In this document: piece after piece, positions 13,371-25,330 of the stretch
Layout: each line of letters begins with the position of its first letter
How positions within the stretch are numbered: the stretch's first letter is position 1
Assembly: GCF_006345805.1 (NCBI RefSeq)
Contig: NC_043008.1
Coordinates: 26,040,001-26,104,000 of the forward strand
DNA from: Octopus sinensis
Lineage: Eukaryota
DNA length: 64,000 bases
Direction of reading: 5' to 3'
Position numbers and translations under genes: made by a program
Notes under the pieces: model-generated
Database searches by the model: none
What the model was told of the DNA's origin: nothing
The model's input: only the letters and a program-made list of their open reading frames with translations

Positions 13371-13984
13371 GGAATAACTTTTGATTATATTGAATTAGGT
13401 AAACTTAGATTTGTTAGTATTAATATTATCAAACCAGCTAATGACATTGTAATATATACTGAGAAAGAAGGATTAGATGCTAAAAAGCAATAAATCATAA
13501 TTCACAAATCAGTTGGAATTTTTTTCTTTGTAAGCAACATGATTTTTTAAAATAAAATATGAAATAATACTACAAATGCAGGTTTAGAGGAACGGATGTA
13601 TAAAGTATGTTTACTGGTGATGAATCTTTATATTATTATACATGTAGAATCACTTCATTTTCATGTTTTCTCTGTTTATGCGGGCAGGATTAGTCTTTTT
13701 CCAGCATAGCAGCTTACTATTTGCAACCCCCTTTAAGGATCTTTTTTATGAAGTTCAGTCTCTAAGATAACCTTTACTCTTCCATAGCTTCCTTATACTT
13801 TGATTACCTGTGTCAAATGCTTGTGTTGCTTCAGTCACCTTTCTTACACACTTCAGTAATAGTCATAAGTATGGGAATGAAATTTGCTTAGGGGAGAACA
13901 ATCCCAGGTCCCCAATTTTTTACAAACAATGTCAATTTTTTTCAATCTTGATATCAAAAAGCATGGGTATAATAATAATTATCA

Positions 13985-14210
13985 TTATCAGTTTTAAATC
14001 TTGGCACAAGGGCAGCAATTTAGCAATTTCAGAGTAGAGGATAAGTCAATTACATCAACCCCAGTCTTTAACTGGTATTTATTTTGTCAACCCTGAAAGG
14101 ATGAAAGATAGTCAACCCCAGTATTCTTTGCACTCAGAATGTAAGATTGGAAGAAATACCACTAAACATTCTGTCTGATGTGGTAACAATTCTGCCAGCT
14201 TGCTGCCTTA
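13985..14210 (-). mobile_element. SINE (family B)
   Basis: Reverse complement of the conserved core CTTTCATCCTTTCAGGGTTGACAAAATAAATACCAGT shared with 25185-25330 and 58160-58385. Confidence 0.7.
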
Positions 14211-14379
14211 ATAATAATTATTGTTATTATTACAATTGCATATCAATGAAATAAGATAAATCCACTGATGGAAAAGTATTGTTTCAAAGTCCAAAAATGT
14301 TTCTATGCTTGTTCATTTTAGTGATGAACTTTTTAGGAAAATGCTCAGAGCATTTTCATTGCCATCTCTACTGAAAAAA

Positions 14380-14860
14380 TAGGGGGTACACTTATACCAC
14401 TTGCACTCCCTGTTCCCAAGCCTATGGTTATAATTTCTCATACATGGACTCAGTTGTTCATGTATGCTAACATTTCACATCTGGAAAGCATACCCATTTC
14501 TTTTTCTTTCCAAACTTCAGATACCACTGCATACCTTGCTCTTGTTTAGTCCCCGTACAACTTCACACTTCATGCACAAGCATCATGCAACATCCGCTGT
14601 CACTTGAAGAAAGAATCCCTTTGTCGCCAGTCATGGTAATTACTCACTAAACTTTTTGTCACACCATTCTCAATCTTGTTGTAAAACTGCTTTGTCTAAT
14701 GTCATGGTGGTTGCTTGTTGGTGTATGTTGTATTGCAGAAGGTCATCGCTGTGTGGGCTAACTGGCTGCATGTCTAATAATTGAAGCAACACATGAACTT
14801 TTAACCTTTATCCCATTTATTGCATTGGTTGTTTCCAATAGAAAGATGAAGTTGGTGGCC
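14380..14860 (-). mobile_element. Old RTE-type LINE remnant
   Basis: Minus-strand translation resembles the RLYDACV..MLHG region of the better-preserved RTE copies. Confidence 0.4.
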
Positions 14861-17084
14861 AGGTTATTCAGTAGCTGCAATAAATACATTTAGAGGAATG
14901 TGGAGAAAGAAGTTGGGAAGAGGAAGGATGAGGAGAAGAAGAAGGAAAAGGAGGAGGCAGAAAAAAGGAGGAGGACATTTTGTACAAAATAGGATGCCAC
15001 TAACGTTATCATCATATAATATTGCAATGTAGTAGAACATTGTTCCTTTTCTGAGGGCAGTCTCTTGTAGCAAATGGCAAGAATTACCTAGTATATTGTA
15101 AGTTTTCCATTTGTATCTTCAGAAGAAAATTATGAGAAAATTACACTGTTTGTGTTACTGGTTTCTAGAAAGTATTACAAGAGCATTGAAATCAGCCTGA
15201 CCAGAGTGAAGTCTCTTTACAAAAGAATCTATGAAGTTGTGACTCTTCTTTACAATTCATGTGTGTATACTATGTCTGCATGCAGTTAGAAAAGGTGAAG
15301 GATTGCAGAATGGTGTTTAGTTACACTCCATTACTGTCATCATTCAAATCTCATCAGGGTGATCTTTACATTTCTTTCATTTGGGTTTGATAAAATAAGA
15401 ACCAGCAAAGTTACAGGGGGTAGATTTAATCCACTCTGCACTTTCATGAAATGTTTGGCATAGTACCATATAAAATTTGTTAATTAGAATTGACAGTCAA
15501 GTACAGAGAAAATTGACAAAAATAACTAAGTTATGGTTATAACCATTTCTTGTATCTTTATTCACATATTTTTGATTTGGATGCCTGCTAAGCTCTGGTG
15601 GGACATTCATTCTGGGTTAATGAGCATGTACCATACCTTTTTAACTATCCTCTACAAATAATTGTTACTCCTGATTCTTTGGTGAAAATATTATTATTCT
15701 TGACTAATAATGAAACTGATTTGGCTCCCTTAATAGAAGTGGATCTTGACTCAATAATAACCTTCTTGTTATATGGTGTGTTGGAGTGGACTGATTACAG
15801 TATGTTACTGGAATTTTTTTTTTCACTTCCCCTTGGGTTCTACTCACAACAATATGTTCTCAAACTGCACAAAGTGGAATGTTAAAGCTACTTTGGCACT
15901 GTCTTTATTAGCTCAACTGCTCTTTGGTGCATTTAACAAAATGTATAGTTTCTCAACATGTTTGTGTGTGCGGCCATATTATTATGAAGTGGAACCTTCA
16001 TCTTTAGCTCCTTCATCTTCTTAGCCACCTTTCTCTCCCATCTTCTACATTATCCACCAGCTCTTGACATTTCAACAGACCTACATCTTTCATGATCGCA
16101 CCTTAACTTACATTTTACTTCCTCCCATATTGTATAGTGCCCATCCTATTTACATCATTGCACACTGCTGTTTTACCCATATCTTCCCTTCTGTCCACAT
16201 CTACTCTTCAATACTGCTTCTCTATTTTTGTCGCTTGGAGTTTCATGACCTACTTATAAGAACTTCTCTCTTCTTTACACCACAGAACATATTCCACTGT
16301 TTGAACCATTTATACTTTCAAATTCATTTTTGTGTGAAAATCTTTCTATTATAAAAAATTACCAATTATGCTTACTCTGTTTTTATAAAAGAAAAGGCTC
16401 ATTGTTTTGTATGTGCCCAATTCAGTACATTTGGTTCTTTGCTTTTGATAATGTTTCATACTACTGTACCATAATATCTGTCTCTTTACTTTCTGTGTCT
16501 TCATCCTAGATCATTAAATTTGTGAGATATTGTTTAAATTTTAAACCTCAACCCTTTGGCCAAATCTCTTTGTACTCTGTATATCTATCATAACCATTTT
16601 ACACTTCTCTTCTTGCCAGTATAGATCATCTTGCGCAATATATTTGTTACATTCAAAACTGTTATTTCATCTAATCTGACATGTTTTCTATAACATATCT
16701 TCTATTATATGTTATGAACATTTTTGAACTTATATTTTAGATATTGAATATTTAATATGCTAAAAGTTTAGGTGTTATTGAATAAACTGCTTTGGGCTAT
16801 AACAACTCACATTTAAAAATTGAAGCCATATTACAAAAGTCTATGAAATTCAATCAGTTAAAACAGCATCAGTTCAAATGAAGTGAAGGATACTGTTGCA
16901 ATTATTTTCAGTTGTAAGACTACAAATCCTTCAAACATATTTTAAAACATAATTCTGTCATGTTGAACAAATAAAAAAAATTTTCTCTCTACTTATTGTA
17001 ATGTCTGCAATTCTAGTCATGTGAATTTATCTGAGTAAGATTCTTTTTTGCATGTTACTAAAAAAATTGAATAAATAAACAGAG

Positions 17085-17235
17085 TGGGTGTGTGGTAGGA
17101 AGCTTGCTTCCAAACCACATGGTTCCATTTTCAGTCCCACTGTGTGGCAGCTAGGGCAAGTGTCTTCTACTATAGCCTTGTAAGTGGATTTGGTAAACGG
17201 AAACTGAAAGAAGCCTGTTGTGTACATACATATAT

Positions 17236-17287
<52 letters not shown>

Positions 17288-17545
17288 CAATCCAAACATA
17301 TATATATATATATATATGTATGTTTGTATGTATTTGTGTGTCTGTCTTTGTCCTCCCACTATCACGTGACAACCGACGTTGGTGTGCTTATGTTCCCATA
17401 ACTTAGCAGTTTGGCACAAGAGACTGATAGAATATGTTCTAGGCCTACAAAGAATAAGCCCTGTGATTGATTTGTTCGACAAAAGGTGGTGCTGCAGCAT
17501 GGCCACAATCAAATGTCTAAAACAAATAAAAGAATAAAAGAATGG
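17085..17545 (+). mobile_element. tRNA-derived SINE (family A) with internal (TA)n
   Basis: tRNA-like head, GGGCAAGTGTCTTCTACTATAGCC, GGAAACTGAAAGAAGCC, internal microsatellite, (AAAAGAAT)n tail; several copies in the window. Confidence 0.85.
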
Positions 17546-18019
17546 TTAGGATTGCATAGAGAAAGTGCATGTGCTTACAATGGATAAATGCTTAAAGTGT
17601 CTGGCACTACCTGAAATTATTTTGTACTTCATGTTTCGTATACAGTCTGTGGTAAATGTTTTTAAAAAAATTTATGCTGATTATATTTTTGGTCCCTCCT
17701 TCTAACCACATTTGAAAAAGTAGGCAGTGGGACTAAAAGAGTATTTACATAAAGACACTGTCTAGGCTCATAACTTAGTTGAATATAAAGTAATCTATGA
17801 GGTGGTCTTTTACTAAATGGCTGCAAAGCTATATTTTTTCTCAATAACTAGAGTTTTTTTCTTGTAGTTAAATTTGATTAGGATGTCATACTTTCTAGAT
17901 AATATTTTCAGATTCCAACTTTGTATTTGGTTTGCAAGATTCTAGATGTGAATTCATGTGTTGAAACAAATCTTGTTATATCTTGTTATATCTTGAGAGG
18001 GTCAATATTGTTTGTTTGT

Positions 18020-18192
18020 TTGTATGTATGTATGTATGTATGTATGCATGTATGTATGTATGTATGTATGTATGTATGTATGTATGTGTGTATGTATGTA
18101 TTATGTATGTATGTGTGTATGTATGTGTGTATGTATGTGTGTATGTATGTATGCATGTATGCATGTATGCATGTATGTATGATGCATGTATA
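18020..18192. repeat. (TATG)n microsatellite
   Basis: Direct reading. Confidence 0.95.
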
Positions 18193-19091
18193 TAATGGTC
18201 ATTATATATTTTTAGGTTCTTTATTGATAGGTTAACTCAACCGGCCCATTGATTGGTTGAGAAAAATTGAACAACCTAGAAAATTAATGCTAGTTTCGTC
18301 TGAGCCATTTCTGGTTATAACCAAGCAGAACACTGAAGGAATGGTGCAGGTATGTGAAGAGGAGCAAAGAGAGGCAATAAGAATAAGTATAAGGTAAGCA
18401 AAAGAAAGATAAAGAGGAAAGGGGAGAGAAATGACAATTTCGCAAAGAAGGACTAAAGTGACAAGGAAAGAAAGGAAGAGAGGAAGGAATAGAAAGGCTA
18501 CAGTAGGAGAGGCATTTGATAGAAAGAGGGACAGGAATGGCCAGCATTGAGAAAAGGATAGTCATCACACACGAAAAGAATTGCATTGTCATCAGGTCAA
18601 ATAATATCCAGATATTGTGTTTAAATTACTCACATGGTCAACTTAAATCTTTAGTAGTTAGTCACTAGTATAGAGAGGAAATTGTAATAGGAAAATGAAT
18701 GGAAAAGCAGCAGTAACTATATGAAGATGGGAAGGCAGAGAACATTTTGGTAAGAGCGTACTTTAAATAGAGATAGAGACAGAAATGTAAAGTTAAAAAC
18801 AAAAATAACATAAAATGGACTAGAGTTATTTTAAAACCAAATAAAATTGAAGGCCAAATATAATTTTTAGAAATTAAAGCATTGAAAAAAAAGATTAAAA
18901 ATTAAAATTAAAAACTTGAAAATTAAAATGAAAATTTAAGCAAATTAAAATTTGTTAAAATTTAAAACATTTAAAAAAACTCTTAAATATAAGAAATAAA
19001 GAAGTAAGTAAAAAGAAATAAACAGAATATTTTTTAATTTCAAAATTTAAAGAAATTAGAAAAAACAATGGTATATAATAAATATATACAT

Positions 19092-19455
19092 GCAGACATG
19101 GCTGTGTAGTAAGAAGCTTTGTTTCCCTACCGCATGGTTTCAGGTTTTGTCCCACTGCATGGCAGCTTCTACTATAGCCTCAGGTCAGCCAAACCCATGT
19201 GAGTGCTTTTAGTAGACAGAAACTGAAAGAAGCCAATCGTACATGTGTATGTGTGTGTTTGTTGCCTACTACCGCTTGACAACTGGTGTTGGTGTGTTAA
19301 TGTCTGCATAACTTAGCAGTTTGGCTTCAGAGATTGATAGAATAAGTACCAGGCTTTAAAAGTTCTCAGCTTGATTCATTTGACTAAAAACTTTTCAAGG
19401 TGGTGCCCTAGCATGGCTGCTGTCTAATGATTGAAACAAGTGAATGATAAATGAT
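19092..19455 (+). mobile_element. SINE family A
   Basis: Same head, core and tail as 17085-17545. Confidence 0.85.
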
Positions 19456-19786
19456 AGGAAATATATATCAAATATCTTGTGAGTTCACATGAGATCCCTT
19501 AATGGTAATGTAACTTTCATTTGATTAAAGTATCTTTGGCTCAACAGGGAGCTAGTTACCTTTGTAGGGTTTTACGACTGTACGTAAGGAGTTGGTGACA
19601 AATATCTCCTTTTGTCGTCACACAGTCATCCCCAACAAAATATAAGAGAAGCCATAATACATGGATATATAGAATACAGTGCCAAAAGATATCAATGAAG
19701 GACAACAAACCGTTCTAATGTTTGAGAGAGAAGACTTTTATTTTTATCACCATTTTGTCTACAACAAAATGTCAGGCGTGGGGCTC

Positions 19787-20181
19787 TGTAGCGTATCTGA
19801 TATCCTCACTGCTTGAGAAACACAATAAGAATGATCTCGTTTGAGATTACAGCCATCTTTGGCTGATTTGACCCTGTTGTGTCCACTGATCTAATTGGTT
19901 GGCATCTAGCACGGTTTGTCTCCCTACTTATTTCACGCCAGAGTGAAAAGCAACCAATCACGCCCTTCGGATATGGTCTGCTTCTTCAAGCCATTTTTTT
20001 CCCTATAAAAAAGGCTAGTTTTCACTCTGGTGTGAAATAAGTAGGGAGACAAACCGTGCTAGATGCCAACCAATCAGATCAGTGGACACAACAGGGTCAA
20101 ACCAGCCAAAGATGGCGGTAATCTCAAACGAGATCATTCTTATTGAGTTTCTCAAACAGTGAGGATATCAGATACGCTACA
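19787..20181. repeat. Near-perfect inverted repeat (MITE/foldback-like), arms ~163 bp
   Basis: 19787-19949 is the reverse complement of 20019-20181 with few mismatches; 69-bp spacer. Confidence 0.85.
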
Positions 20182-20506
20182 CCTTGTTTGGGTAATTACT
20201 ACTTCCAAGGTTTTTCTACCTATGAAACATATTTAGCTTGAATATTCTCATCTCCATTCCCTAATTTGGATTTTTATTCATATACACAGCAACCCAAGCT
20301 ACCAACTGTAAACTATACGATAACTTTTTACAGTTTACTGAACTTTGACATGGTGAAAATTTACAACCTTCTATGTCAATAAACTACTATTGTTCCTGAA
20401 AGTAGTTTTTTTAATACATTTTGCTGACTACTCACTTCCTACATCTTGATCTTACCTTTACATATTATATATATATTTTTTTCATACCATTTTTTTCAAT
20501 GGCCCA

Positions 20507-20565
20507 ATAACTGAAGAGATGGGGGCATGGGTTTCTGCCCCAACATCTGAAACTTGGAGTTTTAT
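20507..20565 (+). ncRNA. Near-canonical type I hammerhead ribozyme motif
   Basis: ATAA CTGAAGA GATG-GGGGCA..TGCCCC-AA-CATC T GAAA CTTGGAG T T TTAT. Stem I ATAA/TTAT, stem III ACT/AGT, one extra T before GAAA. Confidence 0.55.
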
Positions 20566-20699
20566 CATGGCTACCGAATAATTGTCACATATTATTTTTG
20601 CAGATAAATTCCTTTATTTACATAATATCGAGGTCCCTTTCATTGCTTTGTTGTCTTGCCATTTCTATCAATGTGTGTGTGTGTGTATGTGTGTGTGTA

Positions 20700-20762
<63 letters not shown>

Positions 20763-20939
20763 TGCATAATTAAGTTATAGAATGAAGTTCTACAAATCTA
20801 ATCATATTTGTCAGAAATGGAGGAGATAAGATGTTAAAAAGTTGTAAGAAGTTTATTCATGCATCCAGTCGTTTCATATATAGAGCTAAATTCTTTATCA
20901 GAATTTGCAAATATGAAAGTACTCATCAGTGCACAAAAA

Positions 20940-20977
<38 letters not shown>

Positions 20978-21404
20978 AAATGAATGGTTTACATTTAGTG
21001 GCTTACTGGTAAACCAGAGTCACTTTCACAGTGTTTGTTATGTATATGGTAAATGAAAAACGGAAGATCGAATATACAATAATATATATATTATTAGTCA
21101 CAACAATTGTTTTGACACATCTAGCATCAATCCTTCATGGGTGGTACATTTAACAACTGGTTCAGGAGCATTCAGTGATGCAGATGTGATTCCTCGGGTG
21201 ATAAATTGATGCAAATCATTAAAATAACAGTTGAGCAATGTATCAGCAAATTGTAGGAAATATCTTCATGTATATAGAAGATCAAAGATAAAATCACAGG
21301 TGCAAAAAAGAAATGAAGATGTAATACAGTGAGGATGCTAGAAACAATTGTCATGATAAATATTAAAAATTTTTATACATTCCATCTTCTGTCCTTCATT
21401 TACT

Positions 21405-21442
21405 ATATATATATATATATATACACGCATACACACACATAC

Positions 21443-21495
<53 letters not shown>

Positions 21496-21507
21496 TACAC
21501 ACACACT

Positions 21508-21561
<54 letters not shown>

Positions 21562-21635
21562 TACATGTACATATATATATATATATATACACACTCACAC
21601 ATACATACATATATATATGTAATATATATATATAT

Positions 21636-21669
<34 letters not shown>

Positions 21670-21789
21670 ATATAATATATATATATATATGAAATATATA
21701 TATATATATATATAATATAAATAATATATATGCATATACATAATATAAATAATATATATGCATATATATTATTTATATTTTATATATGC

Positions 21790-21822
<33 letters not shown>

Positions 21823-21828
21823 ATATAC
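21405..21828. repeat. Long compound (TA)n/(CA)n microsatellite
   Basis: Direct reading. Confidence 0.95.
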
Positions 21829-22760
21829 GATATAGTGTATATTTAAACACATAGAGAATCCACTTATAGGGATTCTATGTGCTAGAAAGAACAGCTAAGT
21901 TCTATAACCACAAAGCCACCTTGTGAGTTCTCCATGACTCACTAAAAGATGCTTAGAAACCAATTGGTCCAGGAAACTTGATGGGAAATGTTTTTCATTT
22001 CCAAATTTATTCCTGTCGAATTTTATCCTGAAATGTTTGTGGTTATAGAACCTAGCTGTTCTTTCTAGCATGTAGAATCCCTATAAGTGGATTCTCTATG
22101 TATTTAAATATACACTATATCATATGACTAATATATTGTCTTTTTGACTAAAATTTTTTTTATGCGTTATACCACTGGAAATGTAAATTTTAATTGAATG
22201 TTTTCAATTTTAATTAAATTCCATTTCCCTTTGATATGATTAAATACTGTAAGTTTTTGGATAATTTTCAGTTAATAAGTTGGTAGTTTTTCATTGTAGC
22301 CAACGAAGGACTGTGTCTGCGCAGTAAATTTGAAAAGTTAGTTCATATGAACACGAGACAGATAGCCTTGTTTGTCTCGTGTGGATATGTTTAACACTAG
22401 ATTGGACCTGCTGAAGAAAATCAAACCTTGTTAGTTCTCCATGACTCACTAAAAGATGATTAGAAACCAATTGATCCAGGAAACTAGATGGTAAATTTTT
22501 TTCATTTCCAAATTTATTCCTGTCGAATTTTATCCCGAATTTTTTATGGTTATAGAACTTAGCTGTTCTTCCTAACGTGTAGAATCCCTATAAGTGGAAT
22601 CTCTATGTGTTTAAATATACACTATATCGTATGACGAATATATAGTCTTTTTGACTAAAATTTTTTTTACACGTTAGACCACTGGAAATGTAAATTTTAA
22701 TTGAATGTTTTTAATTTAAATTAAATTCCATTTCCCTTTGATATGATTATATATATATAT
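21829..22760 (+). mobile_element. Non-coding Penelope-like unit: short inverted arm plus two ~320-bp direct repeats
   Basis: 21829-21915 is inverted relative to ~22040-22125; ~21920-22240 is repeated at ~22430-22750; hammerhead motif at the start of the repeats; flanked by (TA)n. Confidence 0.6.
22407..22480 (+). ncRNA. Type I hammerhead ribozyme motif
   Basis: CCTG CTGAAGA ..AATC/GATT.. GAAA CCAATTG(A)TC CAGG. The sister copy at 21956-21973 has the perfect palindrome ACCAATTGGT+C but lacks the 5' core. Confidence 0.55.
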
Positions 22761-22761
22761 G

Positions 22762-22809
<48 letters not shown>

Positions 22810-22985
22810 TATATATACATGCACACATTATAATAAAACGGTAAAATCAATAATAATTTTACCATGTGGTCAGTGCAGAAATAAAAACCCTATCGGTAAA
22901 TTTTACAAAATATGTTATAATTATATATATAATTAAAACAAGGGATTGGCTTTATGCCTCACCACACACTGCAAGAAATATACAG

Positions 22986-23570
22986 TAAAGCCCCTATTAC
23001 CACCTTAAAATCTCCAAGAATAACACACTATATTGTAGGTGAGCAAAAGAAAAATAATGAATCAACAAGGTTCGGTTAACTACATACAAGACCATGTTCC
23101 AAGCTTAAAGTAAAAATATTTTACCTACTGCTCTCATCAGTATTCCATAGCATAAATTTACAACTATCTCAAAATATGCATGCGATTGGTGACATCACAT
23201 GACCAATATCCATCCACACGTGTAAAAATATACTGCCAAGTAGAATTTACATATTTCTTTTATACCTATGTACAGTGTATTAAGATCTAGACCACAGTAA
23301 ATACAATTTTGATCATGGACTAAATCTATACAAATATTAATTATAATAAAAGGGTAGAATCAATAATAATTTCCCCAGGTGGTCAGTGTGAAAATTTACC
23401 CTATGGAATACTGTCACCGATGAGAACAGTAGGTAAAATATTTTTTACTTTAAACTTGAAACATGATCTTGTACGCAATTAACTGAACCTTGTTCATTCA
23501 TTACTTTTCTTTTGCTCACCTACAATATGGTGTGTTTTTCTCAGAGATTTTAAGGGTGTAATAGGGGCTT
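22986..23570. repeat. Inverted repeat with ~170-bp arms carrying a degenerate hammerhead-like motif
   Basis: 22986-23150 is approximately the reverse complement of 23401-23570; C(T/C)GATGA..G(A/G)AACATG(G/A)TC in each arm. Confidence 0.6.
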
Positions 23571-23949
23571 TAGCATCTATTTCTTGCAGTGCATGGTGAA
23601 GTATAAAGCTGATACCTTGCTATAATTATGTATACAATTATAAAGTATTATATATATATATGTATGTATGTATATACACACACATATGCATATATGGGTA
23701 CAGGATGTCATCAACAGTAAACTTGAAATATGTAAACAAATGAGTTCAATATGCAAACAAGAGAAACAAATGTAAAACAGGACAAGTAACATAAAGAACA
23801 ACCCTTTATCAGTTATTGGCTGTCCATCTACTCCTCATTTCGACCATTGAATGATAATATGAGTCTTCAGAGACAGTTGCTCCCATAAGTACTAAAATTA
23901 AATTTTGGATTTATGGAAATATGGGAAATTAATATTAATATTAATGTAG

Positions 23950-25090
23950 AATTCTTGTTTCTGTTTTTATTTCATTATCACGAATAGTTGAATGACTTTT
24001 CTTCAACATGTTTATTTTTTGTTTTATTTTATAAAACATTTTCATTATCCAGTCACGTGACTATAAGTTGAAAGAAGGAATGTTATAGGTTGAAGTCGAT
24101 TTAGGCATTCTTTTTTTCAGCATTTATAAACTGATAAATTTTCAGATGTTAAATTGGAATTTCACTAATTTTGGATAACCTTGATAACGTTGTATTAACA
24201 TATATTTTCGACGATATTAATATTAATTTTAATGATATCTTCTCTCTCCCTCTATATACATGTGTGTGTGTGTTTATACATATATATATGTTAGTGCAAT
24301 AGAAATAATAGTCAGCTTTATAAGTTGAGATCTGTAATAAAGATATACTTTTCTCTGTACATGTGTTTTTGAAGTTAAATACTCTGAATTTCTCAAAATC
24401 CTGCAAAAGGATATTTGGATTTACATGTCATACATGAGGATTTACCTGGGATATGTATTCTACTTACATTTACTTGTATCTGATTGTAGAACATTTATAA
24501 CCAAATTCTTTTAATACTGAGTGCTTTATTGATATCTGCCAGGATGTTTTAATCCTATTTTTTTCTTATGTATATATATATATGCACACTCACACAATAA
24601 AGTAGGTAAGATAATTTACATTTATCCCTTAGGCATCATACCCATTTTGGCCAATGTCTCTCATTCTAGTGTAGTACCACAAGCACCACAAAGGAATTTG
24701 ACTGTAAATCCAGCATAATCCTATTTCTAAATATGGGTATGTACATGTCGATTGTCAGTTTACTTAGTCTTCTTATGTCCAACTTAGAAGGGCAAATAAG
24801 CCTGACCAAGTCTTTAGTGGTAAAGTTAGGTTCATGGTCTTTTAAAATAATCCTCAGTGTCCTAGGTTTGTATGGTTCAGTTCTATCATCTATACAAAGT
24901 TCACACAATCTGTTTGTTGGCCTTGTTAATTTAGAAGTAACGTATTCTCTGCCATAATCCTTTACAATTTCCTTTGTGATTAGGTTGTTGTAATCATTAT
25001 AATCCATGTGGTAGACATTCCCTGTATTAGTGCACTAATATTCCAGGCTTGCTCTTAATTTCTTCAATTATTTAGTGTAATTTCCTAAGG
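23950..25090 (-). mobile_element. Penelope-like RT N-terminal fragments
   Basis: ILKDHEPNFTTKDLVRLICPSKLDIRRLSK (24666-25007) matches the PLE LKDHK.NF..RLINP.KS motif; a similar piece lies near 24150-24250. Confidence 0.65.
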
Positions 25091-25184
25091 TGCAGGTTCC
25101 TTCTTATGGAATGTTTGTGGAACTTGATGTCCCTAACTATGTTCCACAGCTCTTCTTCAAATTTAGCCAGGACATTTCTTCTGA

Positions 25185-25330
25185 CTTAATGTTCTGAGTT
25201 CAAATACTTTCAGGGTCGACTTTGTCATCCTTTCAGGGTCAATAAAATAAGTACCAGTTGAACACTGGGGTCAATGTAATTGACTTACCCCTCCCCAACA
25301 TTGCTGGTCTTGTATCAAAATTTGAAACCA
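25185..25330 (+). mobile_element. SINE family B fragment
   Basis: GAGTTCAAAT B-box-like head, then GTCGACTT..CATCCTTT..AAATAAGTACCAGT core. Confidence 0.75.

Noticed and set aside
23820-23885. Another minus-strand hammerhead-like motif (CTGAAGAC..GTCGAAA)
   Set aside because: The core appears to lack two bases and stems I and III are unconvincing.
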